15,624 nt of DNA. Source: Candidatus Fraserbacteria bacterium (GTDB taxonomy: Bacteria > Bipolaricaulota > Bipolaricaulia > RBG-16-55-9). The translations under genes were made by a program, and so were the position numbers. Of the stretch, positions 1 through 7,493 are shown piece by piece (position 1 is the first letter of the stretch; each line of letters opens with the position of its first letter). Location: NCBI GenBank assembly GCA_037442925.1, contig JBBIPG010000055.1, forward strand, positions 1-15,624, given 5' to 3'. The notes beneath the pieces are model-generated. The model saw nothing but the letters and a program-made list of their open reading frames with translations. It made no database searches and was not told the DNA's origin.

Positions 1-1290
1 CGCTTGCGCCAGAAACAGTGTCGGTTGATCGGGGGGCTCCAGCACACCGCTGGCAGACTCTGAAGATTGTGTGCTGGTTCTCGCTGCCCAATGTTGAACC
101 AAGAAAGCTTGACGCCAACCGTCCGTCGGCAGCGGGTTGCTTCCGAGCAAGGGCACAAGCGAGCGACCATCGACGAAATCCGGCACAGTTGCGCCCGCCA
201 GCTCTACGAATGTGGGAGCCAGATCTATATTGCCCGTGAGGTGCTCCAACACTTGACCGGTCGGCACTCCCGGCCCACGCACGAGGAGTGGCACGCGGAT
301 GTCCTCTTCATACGCGGTCTGTTTGCCTTGCTGCAAGCGGTGCTGCCCCAGATGATAGCCGTTATCGGAAGTGAAAAAGATGTAGGTCTTCTCCAGCTGA
401 CGAGTGGCTTTGAGTGTGGCGATGAGTTGGGCGATTAGATCGTCAACGGCAAGCAGCGATTGCAGGCGCTTGCGGTAGCTCGAGTCAATCTCCGCGATAT
501 CTCTGGCGTCAAGCAAGGGTCGGCTGCGTATGTACTCGGGTTTGTCACTCACATCGGCTTCATTGAACGAAGGTGAGCGGGGAGCCTTCACATTGGCAAA
601 CGTGTTCTGGTGTCTGGGAGCGGGTGTGGCCGGACTGTGTGGCGCGTACGTGGCCAGATAGACAAAGAAAGGTTGATCCGTGGCAGCCGTTCGCCGGATG
701 AAATCACTTGCTTTGCGTGATAGCACATCGGTCATATAGTCCTGAGAGCGACTGCCGTACGCGACGAGTCTTCCGTTCTCGTTCATCAGGTAGTTGAAGT
801 TGGAATAGGGATTCCCGCCGGCAGGGCTGTACCATTCACTCCAGCCCGGTGGCACGTAGGTGAGGTTGTTCCTCGTCGGATAGCCATTGAGATACTTGCC
901 CAGGAGCACAGTTCGATAGCCGGCGGCTTGCAACCACGTGGCGACGGTCGAGTTCTCTTTGCCAGAGCTATGAAAGGTCTCAAAGCCTCCCCGAGGTGGG
1001 GAGTTCGTCAGAATCTCCGTGTTGTGTGAGTACTGCCCACGCAGGATGGAAGCTCGCGATGGGCAGCAGAGCGAGACGTTCACGAAGAAGTTCATGAACG
1101 TGGTGCCTTGTTCCTTCAGGAGCGACTGCAGCTGGGGCATGAAGGCGATAGACTCCGCATCCTGGTCATCGGTGAGGATGAAGACGATGTTGGGGCGATC
1201 TGTCACAATTCCGCCCCCAATGCTGCTACTGCTGCTTGCCAGGGTTGCAATCAGCAGCATCACTGTAAGTAGGGAAAACTTTCGAGTCAT
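1..1290 (-). CDS. Exported Cys-type sulfatase, N-acetylglucosamine-6-sulfatase-like; 3' end runs off the window
   Basis: Manual translation (not in ORF track because no stop lies in the window): MTRKFSLLTVMLLIATLASSSSSIGGGIVTDRPNIVFILTDDQD...SLCCPSRASILRGQYSHN...AGYRTVLLGKYLNGY...TYIFFTSDNGYHLGQHR...GKQTAYEEDIRVPLLVRGPG...NIDLAPTF...DGRSLVPLL...WRQAFLVQH. CxPxR formylglycine motif, PNIVFILTDD metal motif, N-terminal signal peptide. SD TAAGGAGG overlaps the upstream stop; alternative in-frame ATG at 1296. Confidence 0.95.
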   Translation of the reverse strand, partial: MTRKFSLLTVMLLIATLASSSSSIGGGIVTDRPNIVFILTDDQDAESIAFMPQLQSLLKEQGTTFMNFFVNVSLCCPSRASILRGQYSHNTEILTNSPPRGGFETFHSSGKENSTVATWLQAAGYRTVLLGKYLNGYPTRNNLTYVPPGWSEWYSPAGGNPYSNFNYLMNENGRLVAYGSRSQDYMTDVLSRKASDFIRRTAATDQPFFVYLATYAPHSPATPAPRHQNTFANVKAPRSPSFNEADVSDKPEYIRSRPLLDARDIAEIDSSYRKRLQSLLAVDDLIAQLIATLKATRQLEKTYIFFTSDNGYHLGQHRLQQGKQTAYEEDIRVPLLVRGPGVPTGQVLEHLTGNIDLAPTFVELAGATVPDFVDGRSLVPLLGSNPLPTDGWRQAFLVQHWAARTSTQSSESASGVLEPPDQPTLFLAQA

Positions 1291-1304
1291 GACCATTCTC
1301 CTCC

Positions 1305-4259
1305 TTATTTCATCAGATGTTGATCAAAGAAATCAGCGATCATGCGCGTGAGTTCCTCGCGAGTCGGGCTGATCGGCCCGCCGGTGGGAGCAAACCCGTG
1401 GCCGGCGTTCTTTACCATCACCAGCGTGGCGGGCACACCCGTCTCGACAAGCCGGTCATAAAAGATCTGTGATTGGCTGGGCGGCACCAGCGTATCGCGC
1501 TCGCCGTGCAAGATGAGAAACGGCGAATCATCACTCGTCACCCACGTCACGGGGCTGGCGCGTCGGATGGCCTCAGAAGTGCGATCCGAGGTGCCGAAGA
1601 CCTGCTCTAATAGATGCGCGTTGGCTCCCTCGAAAAGCACCGTAAGATCCGTCGGGCCGAACATGTCGACCACTGCCTGCACGCGGCTCGACTGCTCCAG
1701 ATACTCTCCCACGTCCCAGCCCGCCGTCGCGTCCGTCACACCCAAGAGCGCCACCAGATGGCCGCCGGCGCTTCCGCCCCAGGCCCCGATCTTTTCGGGA
1801 TTGAGATGGTATTTTTGCGCGTTGGCTCTCAAGAAGCGAATCGCACATTTTACGTCCTCGATCTGGGCTGGGAACTTGTATCGGGGTGCAAGCCGATAAT
1901 TGACAGCCGCAACCATATAGCCGCGGGCCACAAGTTCTGAAATATCTCGCACGCCTTCGCCTCGTGCTTTGTCGCCGCTGGTCCAGCCGCCGCCGTGCAC
2001 ATACACGGCAACGGGTGCAGGGCCTTCTTGTGATCTCAGTGGGTAGTAGATGTCCAGCTTGAGTTCAGTACCCTCAGCCACGCAGTACGTCACGTCGCGA
2101 TCTACTCGACCACTTTGGGCGGTGCTCAAGGGCTGAGCCGCAGGACTAGCTAGCACGTTGGCGGATGAATTCCGTGCAGCCTCGGCCAATGCCACGATAT
2201 CTTCTGACGTTACAACGCGTAGACTGGTTGCCGCATATGCGACTAATTGCTCATAAGCCTCCCAAATGGCTTGCTGATTTTCCAAAGACCTTGAGCGAGA
2301 CGGATCAGGCGCGCCGAGATCGAACGGCGGCGAGAGTGGCTTTGTCTTCTCTTTGTCAGCGTAATAGATGAGTGTCCAGGACTCGGGGCCGCTGCGATAG
2401 AAGTTGTTCTCGTGAATCAGGCTGGTGATGAACGGTGCCCTGCTGCCTTGCCAGCTGGCGAGCTGCTTTTGCAAATAGCCGATCGGGGCATATTCATCTG
2501 CCAGAGGGGAATCGAGCATGTTCCACCAGAAGGCCACGGGCTTATTATCCACGGCCCAGCGAGTGATGCTGAAGTCGCTGGGGCGAACCAACAACCCGTC
2601 GCGATACTCAAATGGCTGGTTGGGATCAGCAATCGGAAGGAGCACGATCACGGCCATCTGCCCACCCAGCTCTTTGTACAAGCTAAGTGCGGCAGTCTTG
2701 ATGCGTTGATCGTTGTTGGGGGCACCCACAACGACTGGCGCGCGACCGAACGTCTGAGCCACGTAGGTATACCCGCCAGGTTGACTCCGATCCAGGTCAC
2801 CCGTTGCCAGATCCAGCCGGTAGGTTTCATAATCGCGGAGAGTAGCTGTCAGGGCTTGATCATCTAGGCCGTGCAAGCGCTGATCAAACCCGGTGTAAAG
2901 AGGATGCGGAGGACGAACGTGGTAACTGATCGTCATGCCGCTCTCTTTTAGGCGGGTGAGCACATCCGGGCGCTGCTGCGCGTACAGTTCGACCATCGGC
3001 GCGGTGAGATAGAAGTCGCCGCGCACTCCGTACTTCTCGAAGATGCCGATCAATCGTAGAAGGGTATCGGCACTTTCATCAATGTGTCGCCAATCGTGCA
3101 CGTTGATGGCGAACGTCATATAGCCCGTCGGTGAAGCGCCTGCGCGTGTGATGAGAGTTTCGGTTTTTGTGTTAGAGGGGGCTGCGATAGTCGCTGTAGA
3201 GCGTGGATCGACTCCCGGATGCGTCCTCTCCCACTCGGCGAACGCATCGGCCATCTGTGAGAAAGTGGCCCAGCGGACTTTTCCAGCGGCCACGAGTGGA
3301 TCAACGACATCCGTGAGGAACTGTTCGATGATGGCGAAGGGGCGGGCTGGATCGCCACGGAACTCGCCGGGGTGAACCGTGAAGTGGAAGACGTTGACTC
3401 GATCTGGGTCCGCTGCAGCCACAGAGTTATCTAGACTCTGTTTGAGAAAGTTAAAGTAAGCTTCATCTCCTCCGCTGGTCTCGGAGCGGCGCATGGAGGC
3501 GAAGTCTGTGCGGTCGTAGAGACCTTCGGGCAAGAAGACGACTTTGCCCTGCGGATCATGTTGAGCAAATGCTGTAAGATTGTTCTCACTGGGACCACCG
3601 GCAGGACGCCAGGGATGAATCCCAATGAGTTGTTCGTCCGTGGTCTGGGTTTTGGGGTTCTTCCAGTCACTGTTGACGTTTAATTCTGCACAAGATGCCG
3701 CTTGCAGTAAGCCGGGATAGAGATTGCCGCCGCTCCAGTAACGCACGGGGTTCTTCACGCCGGTCTGATAGATGAAACTAATCTCCTCTTTCATGACGGC
3801 GCACCAGGTCTCGACGGGAAGCGTATCGGGGTTCCTTCCTAGATGTGCATCTTCATGAAAATGCAGGCCGATCTCGTGGCCGCGTGCTTCCAACTCTTTC
3901 AAGATGGCATTGCCTGATTGAATCGCGACTTGCGTGAAGGGGCTTTGCGTCTGGACTGTCATGCGTCCGCCGTGCGCTTCGATGATCCCGGTTACAGCGA
4001 GAATGTCTTGCACGTGGCGCTCAAACAGCGGCCCTTGACGATAATCGGCCCCGCCGCTGCCGTAGCCCTGCGCGGTCTTGCCCAGCGGCTCGATGTGCAT
4101 TCCTATAGTAAAGAGCAGCACGGGTTGTGAACTCTGCTCAGAAGCCATCGACTCCGGCATGCCTCCCAAGCCGATACACCCAAGGAGTGCGAGGCTCAAG
4201 GACAAAAGCGACAGTCTTATAAGTCTAAGTGAAGTTCGCGAAGGCATCGGCTTTTTCAT
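1305..4259 (-). CDS. Exported multidomain hydrolase: two polysaccharide-deacetylase-like (NodB/CE4-fold) domains plus C-terminal alpha/beta-hydrolase (HSL/BD-FAE-like esterase)
   Basis: 984-aa ORF with SD GGGGAGGAG and a basic/hydrophobic signal peptide with possible lipobox LLGC (C28). Domain 1 (~47-350): FTIGMHIEP, GHEIGLHFHE, FHFTVHPGEF, VRWATFSQM. Domain 2 (~379-697): MTFAINVHD, FEKYGVRGDFYL, TISYHVRPPHP, SLIHENNF, LRVVTSEDI. Domain 3 (~720-984): HGGGW oxyanion motif, GGSAG (S830), HGERD (D922), AGHG (H954). Confidence 0.85.
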   Translation of the reverse strand: MKKPMPSRTSLRLIRLSLLSLSLALLGCIGLGGMPESMASEQSSQPVLLFTIGMHIEPLGKTAQGYGSGGADYRQGPLFERHVQDILAVTGIIEAHGGRMTVQTQSPFTQVAIQSGNAILKELEARGHEIGLHFHEDAHLGRNPDTLPVETWCAVMKEEISFIYQTGVKNPVRYWSGGNLYPGLLQAASCAELNVNSDWKNPKTQTTDEQLIGIHPWRPAGGPSENNLTAFAQHDPQGKVVFLPEGLYDRTDFASMRRSETSGGDEAYFNFLKQSLDNSVAAADPDRVNVFHFTVHPGEFRGDPARPFAIIEQFLTDVVDPLVAAGKVRWATFSQMADAFAEWERTHPGVDPRSTATIAAPSNTKTETLITRAGASPTGYMTFAINVHDWRHIDESADTLLRLIGIFEKYGVRGDFYLTAPMVELYAQQRPDVLTRLKESGMTISYHVRPPHPLYTGFDQRLHGLDDQALTATLRDYETYRLDLATGDLDRSQPGGYTYVAQTFGRAPVVVGAPNNDQRIKTAALSLYKELGGQMAVIVLLPIADPNQPFEYRDGLLVRPSDFSITRWAVDNKPVAFWWNMLDSPLADEYAPIGYLQKQLASWQGSRAPFITSLIHENNFYRSGPESWTLIYYADKEKTKPLSPPFDLGAPDPSRSRSLENQQAIWEAYEQLVAYAATSLRVVTSEDIVALAEAARNSSANVLASPAAQPLSTAQSGRVDRDVTYCVAEGTELKLDIYYPLRSQEGPAPVAVYVHGGGWTSGDKARGEGVRDISELVARGYMVAAVNYRLAPRYKFPAQIEDVKCAIRFLRANAQKYHLNPEKIGAWGGSAGGHLVALLGVTDATAGWDVGEYLEQSSRVQAVVDMFGPTDLTVLFEGANAHLLEQVFGTSDRTSEAIRRASPVTWVTSDDSPFLILHGERDTLVPPSQSQIFYDRLVETGVPATLVMVKNAGHGFAPTGGPISPTREELTRMIADFFDQHLMK

Positions 4260-4279
4260 GATTGAAGCTCCTCCCCTAG

Positions 4280-4354
4280 TTATCTAGTTATGTATTTATA
4301 TTGTTGGAATCGCGCCTTGCAGAAATTGTTCCAGATACGGCGTGATGATCTCAT
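4280..4354 (-). CDS. Putative 24-aa small ORF / leader peptide (MRSSRRIWNNFCKARFQQYKYITR)
   Basis: SD AGGGGAG 7 nt upstream of the ATG; its stop lies immediately before the SD of the 984-aa gene. No homology evidence. Confidence 0.3.
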   Translation of the reverse strand: MRSSRRIWNNFCKARFQQYKYITR

Positions 4355-4368
4355 CTGTTCGCTCCCCT

Positions 4369-4389
4369 TCAGGCAACCAATCTTCTCAT
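4369..4389 (-). other. 6-codon mini-ORF MRRLVA* with strong SD (uORF or remnant of a deleted gene's signal peptide)
   Basis: AAGGAAGGGAGG-ctgctc-ATG AGA AGA TTG GTT GCC TGA; the stop abuts the next SD. Confidence 0.3.
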
Positions 4390-4441
4390 GAGCAGCCTCC
4401 CTTCCTTTGGCAGATTCTTGTTACTGGAACGGGGGATAAAA

Positions 4442-4483
4442 ATTCTATAGAAGCCAGGTTAAAGGGGGGTGAAAAGCGGTCAG
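4442..4483 (-). promoter_or_regulatory. Candidate promoter of the hydrolase/sulfatase operon: -10 TAGAAT preceded by direct repeats at 10-11 bp period
   Basis: Minus strand CTGACC(4483-4478)..TTCACC(4473-4468)..TTAACC(4462-4457)-9 nt-TAGAAT(4447-4442); geometry resembles OmpR/PhoB-family activator boxes. Confidence 0.35.
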
Positions 4484-4581
4484 TTAGCCATCGAATTGCT
4501 GAGAGTTGCTTTATAACTCCCTGTTGGGGTATGTTAGATCGCAGTTAGGTGGCAGCTTTGGCTCCATTTTGGGGATTGATG

Positions 4582-4987
4582 ATGCAGTTGACTTTACTTA
4601 GGCACCGCAGCGGCAAATGCATATCCCGAAGCATTCTGTGGGTGCGAGAATTGCCGGAAAGCTAGAGCGGAAGGCGGCAGAAGTCTGCGAAAACGTTCAG
4701 CCGCTATCATCAACGAAGACCTTCTCATTGACCTTGGGCCAGACATCATGTGCGCTTCGCAAGTGCACCAAGTGGACTTGACAAGAGTGCAGTACTGCTT
4801 GCAGACACATCCCCATGCAGACCACATGGATTTGTCTCACTTGCTCTCACGCAGTCCGGGCTTTGGTGTCGTGGGTGCGCCGCGCCTGAATCTCTATGCC
4901 TCGTCTGCCACGCTTGAGAGAGCCAAAAGGGTTGTCCCCGCAAGCATTTACTCCTATACTCCCATTGCGCGAAGGGAGCTTAGATGA
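4582..4987 (+). pseudogene. PhnP-like MBL-fold metallohydrolase, frameshifted near the start and 3'-truncated
   Basis: ATG at 4582 reads MQLTLL. The +1 frame continues LGTAAANAYPEAFCGCENCRKARAEGGRSLRKRSAAIINEDLLIDLGPD...QTHPHADH...LNLYAS (CxCxxC, DxGPD and HxHxDH motifs). An in-frame TGA at 4589 blocks upstream extension of that frame. Only ~134 codons; the C-terminal half with the remaining metal ligands is absent. Confidence 0.8.
4932..4960 (+). promoter_or_regulatory. Sigma70-type promoter for TA pair 1
   Basis: TTGTCC (4932-4937), 17-nt spacer, TATACT (4955-4960); SD AAGGGAG at 4972-4978 before ATG 4984. Confidence 0.6.
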
Positions 4988-5250
4988 AGCTGAAATATGT
5001 AGAGAGGATCAACCAGCATGGGTATGTCCACATCCCCGAGGATTACCAGAAAGACCTGGGACTCTGCCCCGGCGAAGAGGTGGAACTCCAGCGCGCAGGG
5101 GAGCAGCTTGTGCTCAAGCCTTTGAGAGGCGACAAGTCCAAGCCTGCAAGGGACGTTGTGGATAGACTCTATGGCGCCTTGGAAGTTGCCCCCCAAATAG
5201 CTGAAGAGGTGTCAAGCGACGACTACCCCTACAACCCTGAGGATATCTGA
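4984..5250 (+). CDS. AbrB/MazE/SpoVT-family antitoxin (VapB-like)
   Basis: 88 aa; swapped-hairpin signature RINQHGYVHIPEDYQKDLGLCPGEEVELQRAGEQLVLKP with acidic tail; directly upstream of a PIN gene. Confidence 0.85.
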   Translation: MKLKYVERINQHGYVHIPEDYQKDLGLCPGEEVELQRAGEQLVLKPLRGDKSKPARDVVDRLYGALEVAPQIAEEVSSDDYPYNPEDI

Positions 5251-5261
5251 GGCTGCCAGCC

Positions 5262-5759
5262 ATGCACTTGATAGACATCACCTCCGGCAGTCGTGTTTTT
5301 GTTGACGCCAGCATCTTCTATGACCACATTACCAAGAACAAGGCTTCTGGTAAGTCCTGTAGAACTTTCCTCCAGAGAATCGAGAAACACGATGTTGAGG
5401 GATTCACATCCGTCATTGCCCTGAATGAACTGCTACACAAATTGGCCATCGTTGAGATCCGACAGAGGCACGGGCTCAGCCGAGAAGTTGTCATGGGGTT
5501 TATCGACAGCAACCCCAGCGTGCTAAGAGATCTGAAGGTGTATCAATTGGTGTCTGCTGTCGCTGCTATTCCGAACCTCCAGGTATTTGATGTTGTAGTC
5601 ACTGATTTTGCCCAAGCTATAGCCTTGATGCAGAAACACCAACTGCTTTCCAACGATGCCTTGCATGTGGCCGTGATGCAGAGAAACGGACTGGACATGC
5701 TGGCCGCGAAGGACTCAGACTTCCAACGTGTACCCTGGCTCAAGCTTTACCGACCCTAA
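5262..5759 (+). CDS. vapC: PIN-domain toxin (VapC family)
   Basis: 165 aa; acidic PIN residues in VFVDASIF, TSVIALNELLH, LLSNDALHVAVM, AKDSDFQRV. Confidence 0.9.
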   Translation: MHLIDITSGSRVFVDASIFYDHITKNKASGKSCRTFLQRIEKHDVEGFTSVIALNELLHKLAIVEIRQRHGLSREVVMGFIDSNPSVLRDLKVYQLVSAVAAIPNLQVFDVVVTDFAQAIALMQKHQLLSNDALHVAVMQRNGLDMLAAKDSDFQRVPWLKLYRP

Positions 5760-5832
5760 CCCTGGCGCCATCCACCCAAAGAGGCGGCACATTGTTCCTT
5801 AGCAAAACAATCTTCCATAGCGAGACGATCAG

Positions 5833-5862
5833 TTGCGCCCCCCTCTTGCGACTTGCTATAGT
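5833..5862 (+). promoter_or_regulatory. Putative rpsB-tsf-pyrH promoter (extended -10)
   Basis: TTGCGC (5833-5838), 18 nt, TATAGT (5857-5862) with TG at 5854-5855. Confidence 0.6.
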
Positions 5863-5867
5863 GAATC

Positions 5868-5960
5868 CTCACTCACATATCTTATGAAAGGAGCGTGATC
5901 GACCGGAAATCAGAGAAGAGTGCGGTCTGGTTTCGGGTCTGACGATGGAGAAGGGAGGAA
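5868..5960 (+). ncRNA. Structured rpsB 5' leader, probable S2 autoregulatory element (t44/rpsB-leader-like)
   Basis: AC-rich start (CTCACTCACATATC). Stem GACCGGAAATCAGA (5901-5914) pairs with TCTGGTTTCGGGTC (5926-5939), 13 of 14 positions including one G-U, closing a loop containing GAGTGC. Lies between the promoter and the rpsB SD. Confidence 0.5.
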
Positions 5961-5965
5961 GCACT

Positions 5966-6880
5966 GTGGGGCTTCTGACGATCAAGGAGCTCTTGGAGAC
6001 GGGGGTGCACTTCGGACACCGCGTGCGCAAGTGGAATCCGAAGATGAAGGACTACATTTATACGGAGCGCAAGGGGATTCACATCATCGATCTGGAGAAG
6101 ACGATCCGGTTCTTTGCGGAAGCTTATTATTTCATACGGGATTCCATCGCACAAGGGAAAGAGATTCTTTTTGTGGGTACCAAGCGTCAAGTGCAGCAGA
6201 CGATTGAGGAGGAGGCGCTGCGCTGCGGAGCTCACTATGTGAGCCAACGGTGGTTGGGCGGGACACTGACCAATTTCTCGGTGATCAAAGGTCGCATTGA
6301 GCGCATGAAGGAGTTGGAGACGCACGAGCAGAGCGGTGATCTTGCGCTTCTCCCCAACAAAGAAGCGATGCGCTTGCGCAAGGAGCTTTTGAAGCTGCAG
6401 CGCAATCTGCATGGGCTTCGCAACATGACCCGTGTGCCCGATATTCTGTTTGTGGTGGACACACAAGTGGAAGTCAACGCGATTCGGGAGGCCAAGCTAC
6501 TCAAAATCCCTGTGGTGTCCATTGTCGATACCAACTGCGATCCCGATCCCATCGACTACCCGATTCCGGGCAATGACGATGCGATCAAGGCGACTAAGCT
6601 CATCATCTCGCGCATCGCGGATGCGGTCATTGAGGGTCGCGAGGGTCGCACGGCGGAGATGCCGGCTCCCCTGCTGGCAGCCCAAGTAGGCGTAGGAGAA
6701 GAGGAGATCAAGGCAGAGTTGCAAGGAGCCCTCGCAGAGGACGTTCTGAAAGCGGATGAAGAATCTCCCCGCAAAGCGAAAGGGGGCTCCAAGCGGAAGA
6801 CGAAGACCGCCAAAGCTGCCGTCGCCCCCGATGGAGGCGAGGAGATTCCAACCGAAGAAGGGAAGGATGGAAGCGAATGA
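5966..6880 (+). CDS. rpsB: 30S ribosomal protein S2
   Basis: [64 protein letters not shown]. Start placed at GTG 5966 (SD GGGAGG 7 nt upstream) rather than ATG 5945. Confidence 0.98.
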   Translation: MGLLTIKELLETGVHFGHRVRKWNPKMKDYIYTERKGIHIIDLEKTIRFFAEAYYFIRDSIAQGKEILFVGTKRQVQQTIEEEALRCGAHYVSQRWLGGTLTNFSVIKGRIERMKELETHEQSGDLALLPNKEAMRLRKELLKLQRNLHGLRNMTRVPDILFVVDTQVEVNAIREAKLLKIPVVSIVDTNCDPDPIDYPIPGNDDAIKATKLIISRIADAVIEGREGRTAEMPAPLLAAQVGVGEEEIKAELQGALAEDVLKADEESPRKAKGGSKRKTKTAKAAVAPDGGEEIPTEEGKDGSE

Positions 6881-7485
6881 GCATTTCATCTGAAGTCGTC
6901 CGTCAACTGCGCGAGGAGACGGGCGTGGGCATCATGGATTGCAAACGCGCTCTGGAGAAGAGCGGTGGCGACCTGGAGAAGGCCAAGCGCATCTTACGCG
7001 AAGAGGGCAAAGCCGCACTGGCCGAGCTGCGGAGCCGGGCTGCCTCCGAAGGACGGGTCGAGGCCTACATCCACCATACCGGAAAAGTGGGCGTATTGCT
7101 GGAAGTCGACTGCAATACGGACTTTACGGCCAATAGCAGAGACTTCCGCGAGTTTGTCAAGAACCTGGCGATGCACATCGCCGCCGCCTCACCGCCGCCG
7201 CGCTACGTGAGCCCCGAGGATGTCCCGGAAGAGGTGCTGGCGAACGAGAAGGAGATCTATCGGGCTCAGGCCAAGAAAGAGGGCAAGCCTCCCCAAATTG
7301 CGGAGAAGATCATGGAGGGGCGCCTGCAAAAGTTTTACGACGAAGTCTGTCTGCTCAAGCAACACTACGTCCTCGATTCGTCCGGTAAGGCGCGTGTGGA
7401 AGATATCTTAGGTGAGTTGGTGGCCAAGGTGGGCGAGAACATCGTCATTCGCCGCTTCGCCCGCTTTGAAGTGGGACGTTCCTAA
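6877..7485 (+). CDS. tsf: Elongation factor Ts, short (~200 aa) form
   Basis: [55 protein letters not shown] overlap with the rpsB stop. Confidence 0.98.
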   Translation: MSISSEVVRQLREETGVGIMDCKRALEKSGGDLEKAKRILREEGKAALAELRSRAASEGRVEAYIHHTGKVGVLLEVDCNTDFTANSRDFREFVKNLAMHIAAASPPPRYVSPEDVPEEVLANEKEIYRAQAKKEGKPPQIAEKIMEGRLQKFYDEVCLLKQHYVLDSSGKARVEDILGELVAKVGENIVIRRFARFEVGRS

Positions 7486-7493
7486 AAGACGAG

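Noticed and set aside
18..1351. ORF-track ORFs 18..239, 67..438, 786..983 and 1019..1351
   Set aside because: Antisense or off-frame shadows of the minus-strand sulfatase; no recognisable motifs.
4342..4548. 68-aa plus-strand ORF in the intergenic region
   Set aside because: GTG start without an SD, no motifs, and it overlaps the minus-strand regulatory signals.
4748..4987. 79-aa ORF as a standalone gene
   Set aside because: It is the internal part of the frameshifted MBL pseudogene; homology extends upstream to ~4582.
5791..5811. ATTGTT...AACAAT inverted repeat after vapC-1 as a terminator
   Set aside because: Only 6 bp, AT-rich, with no U-tract.
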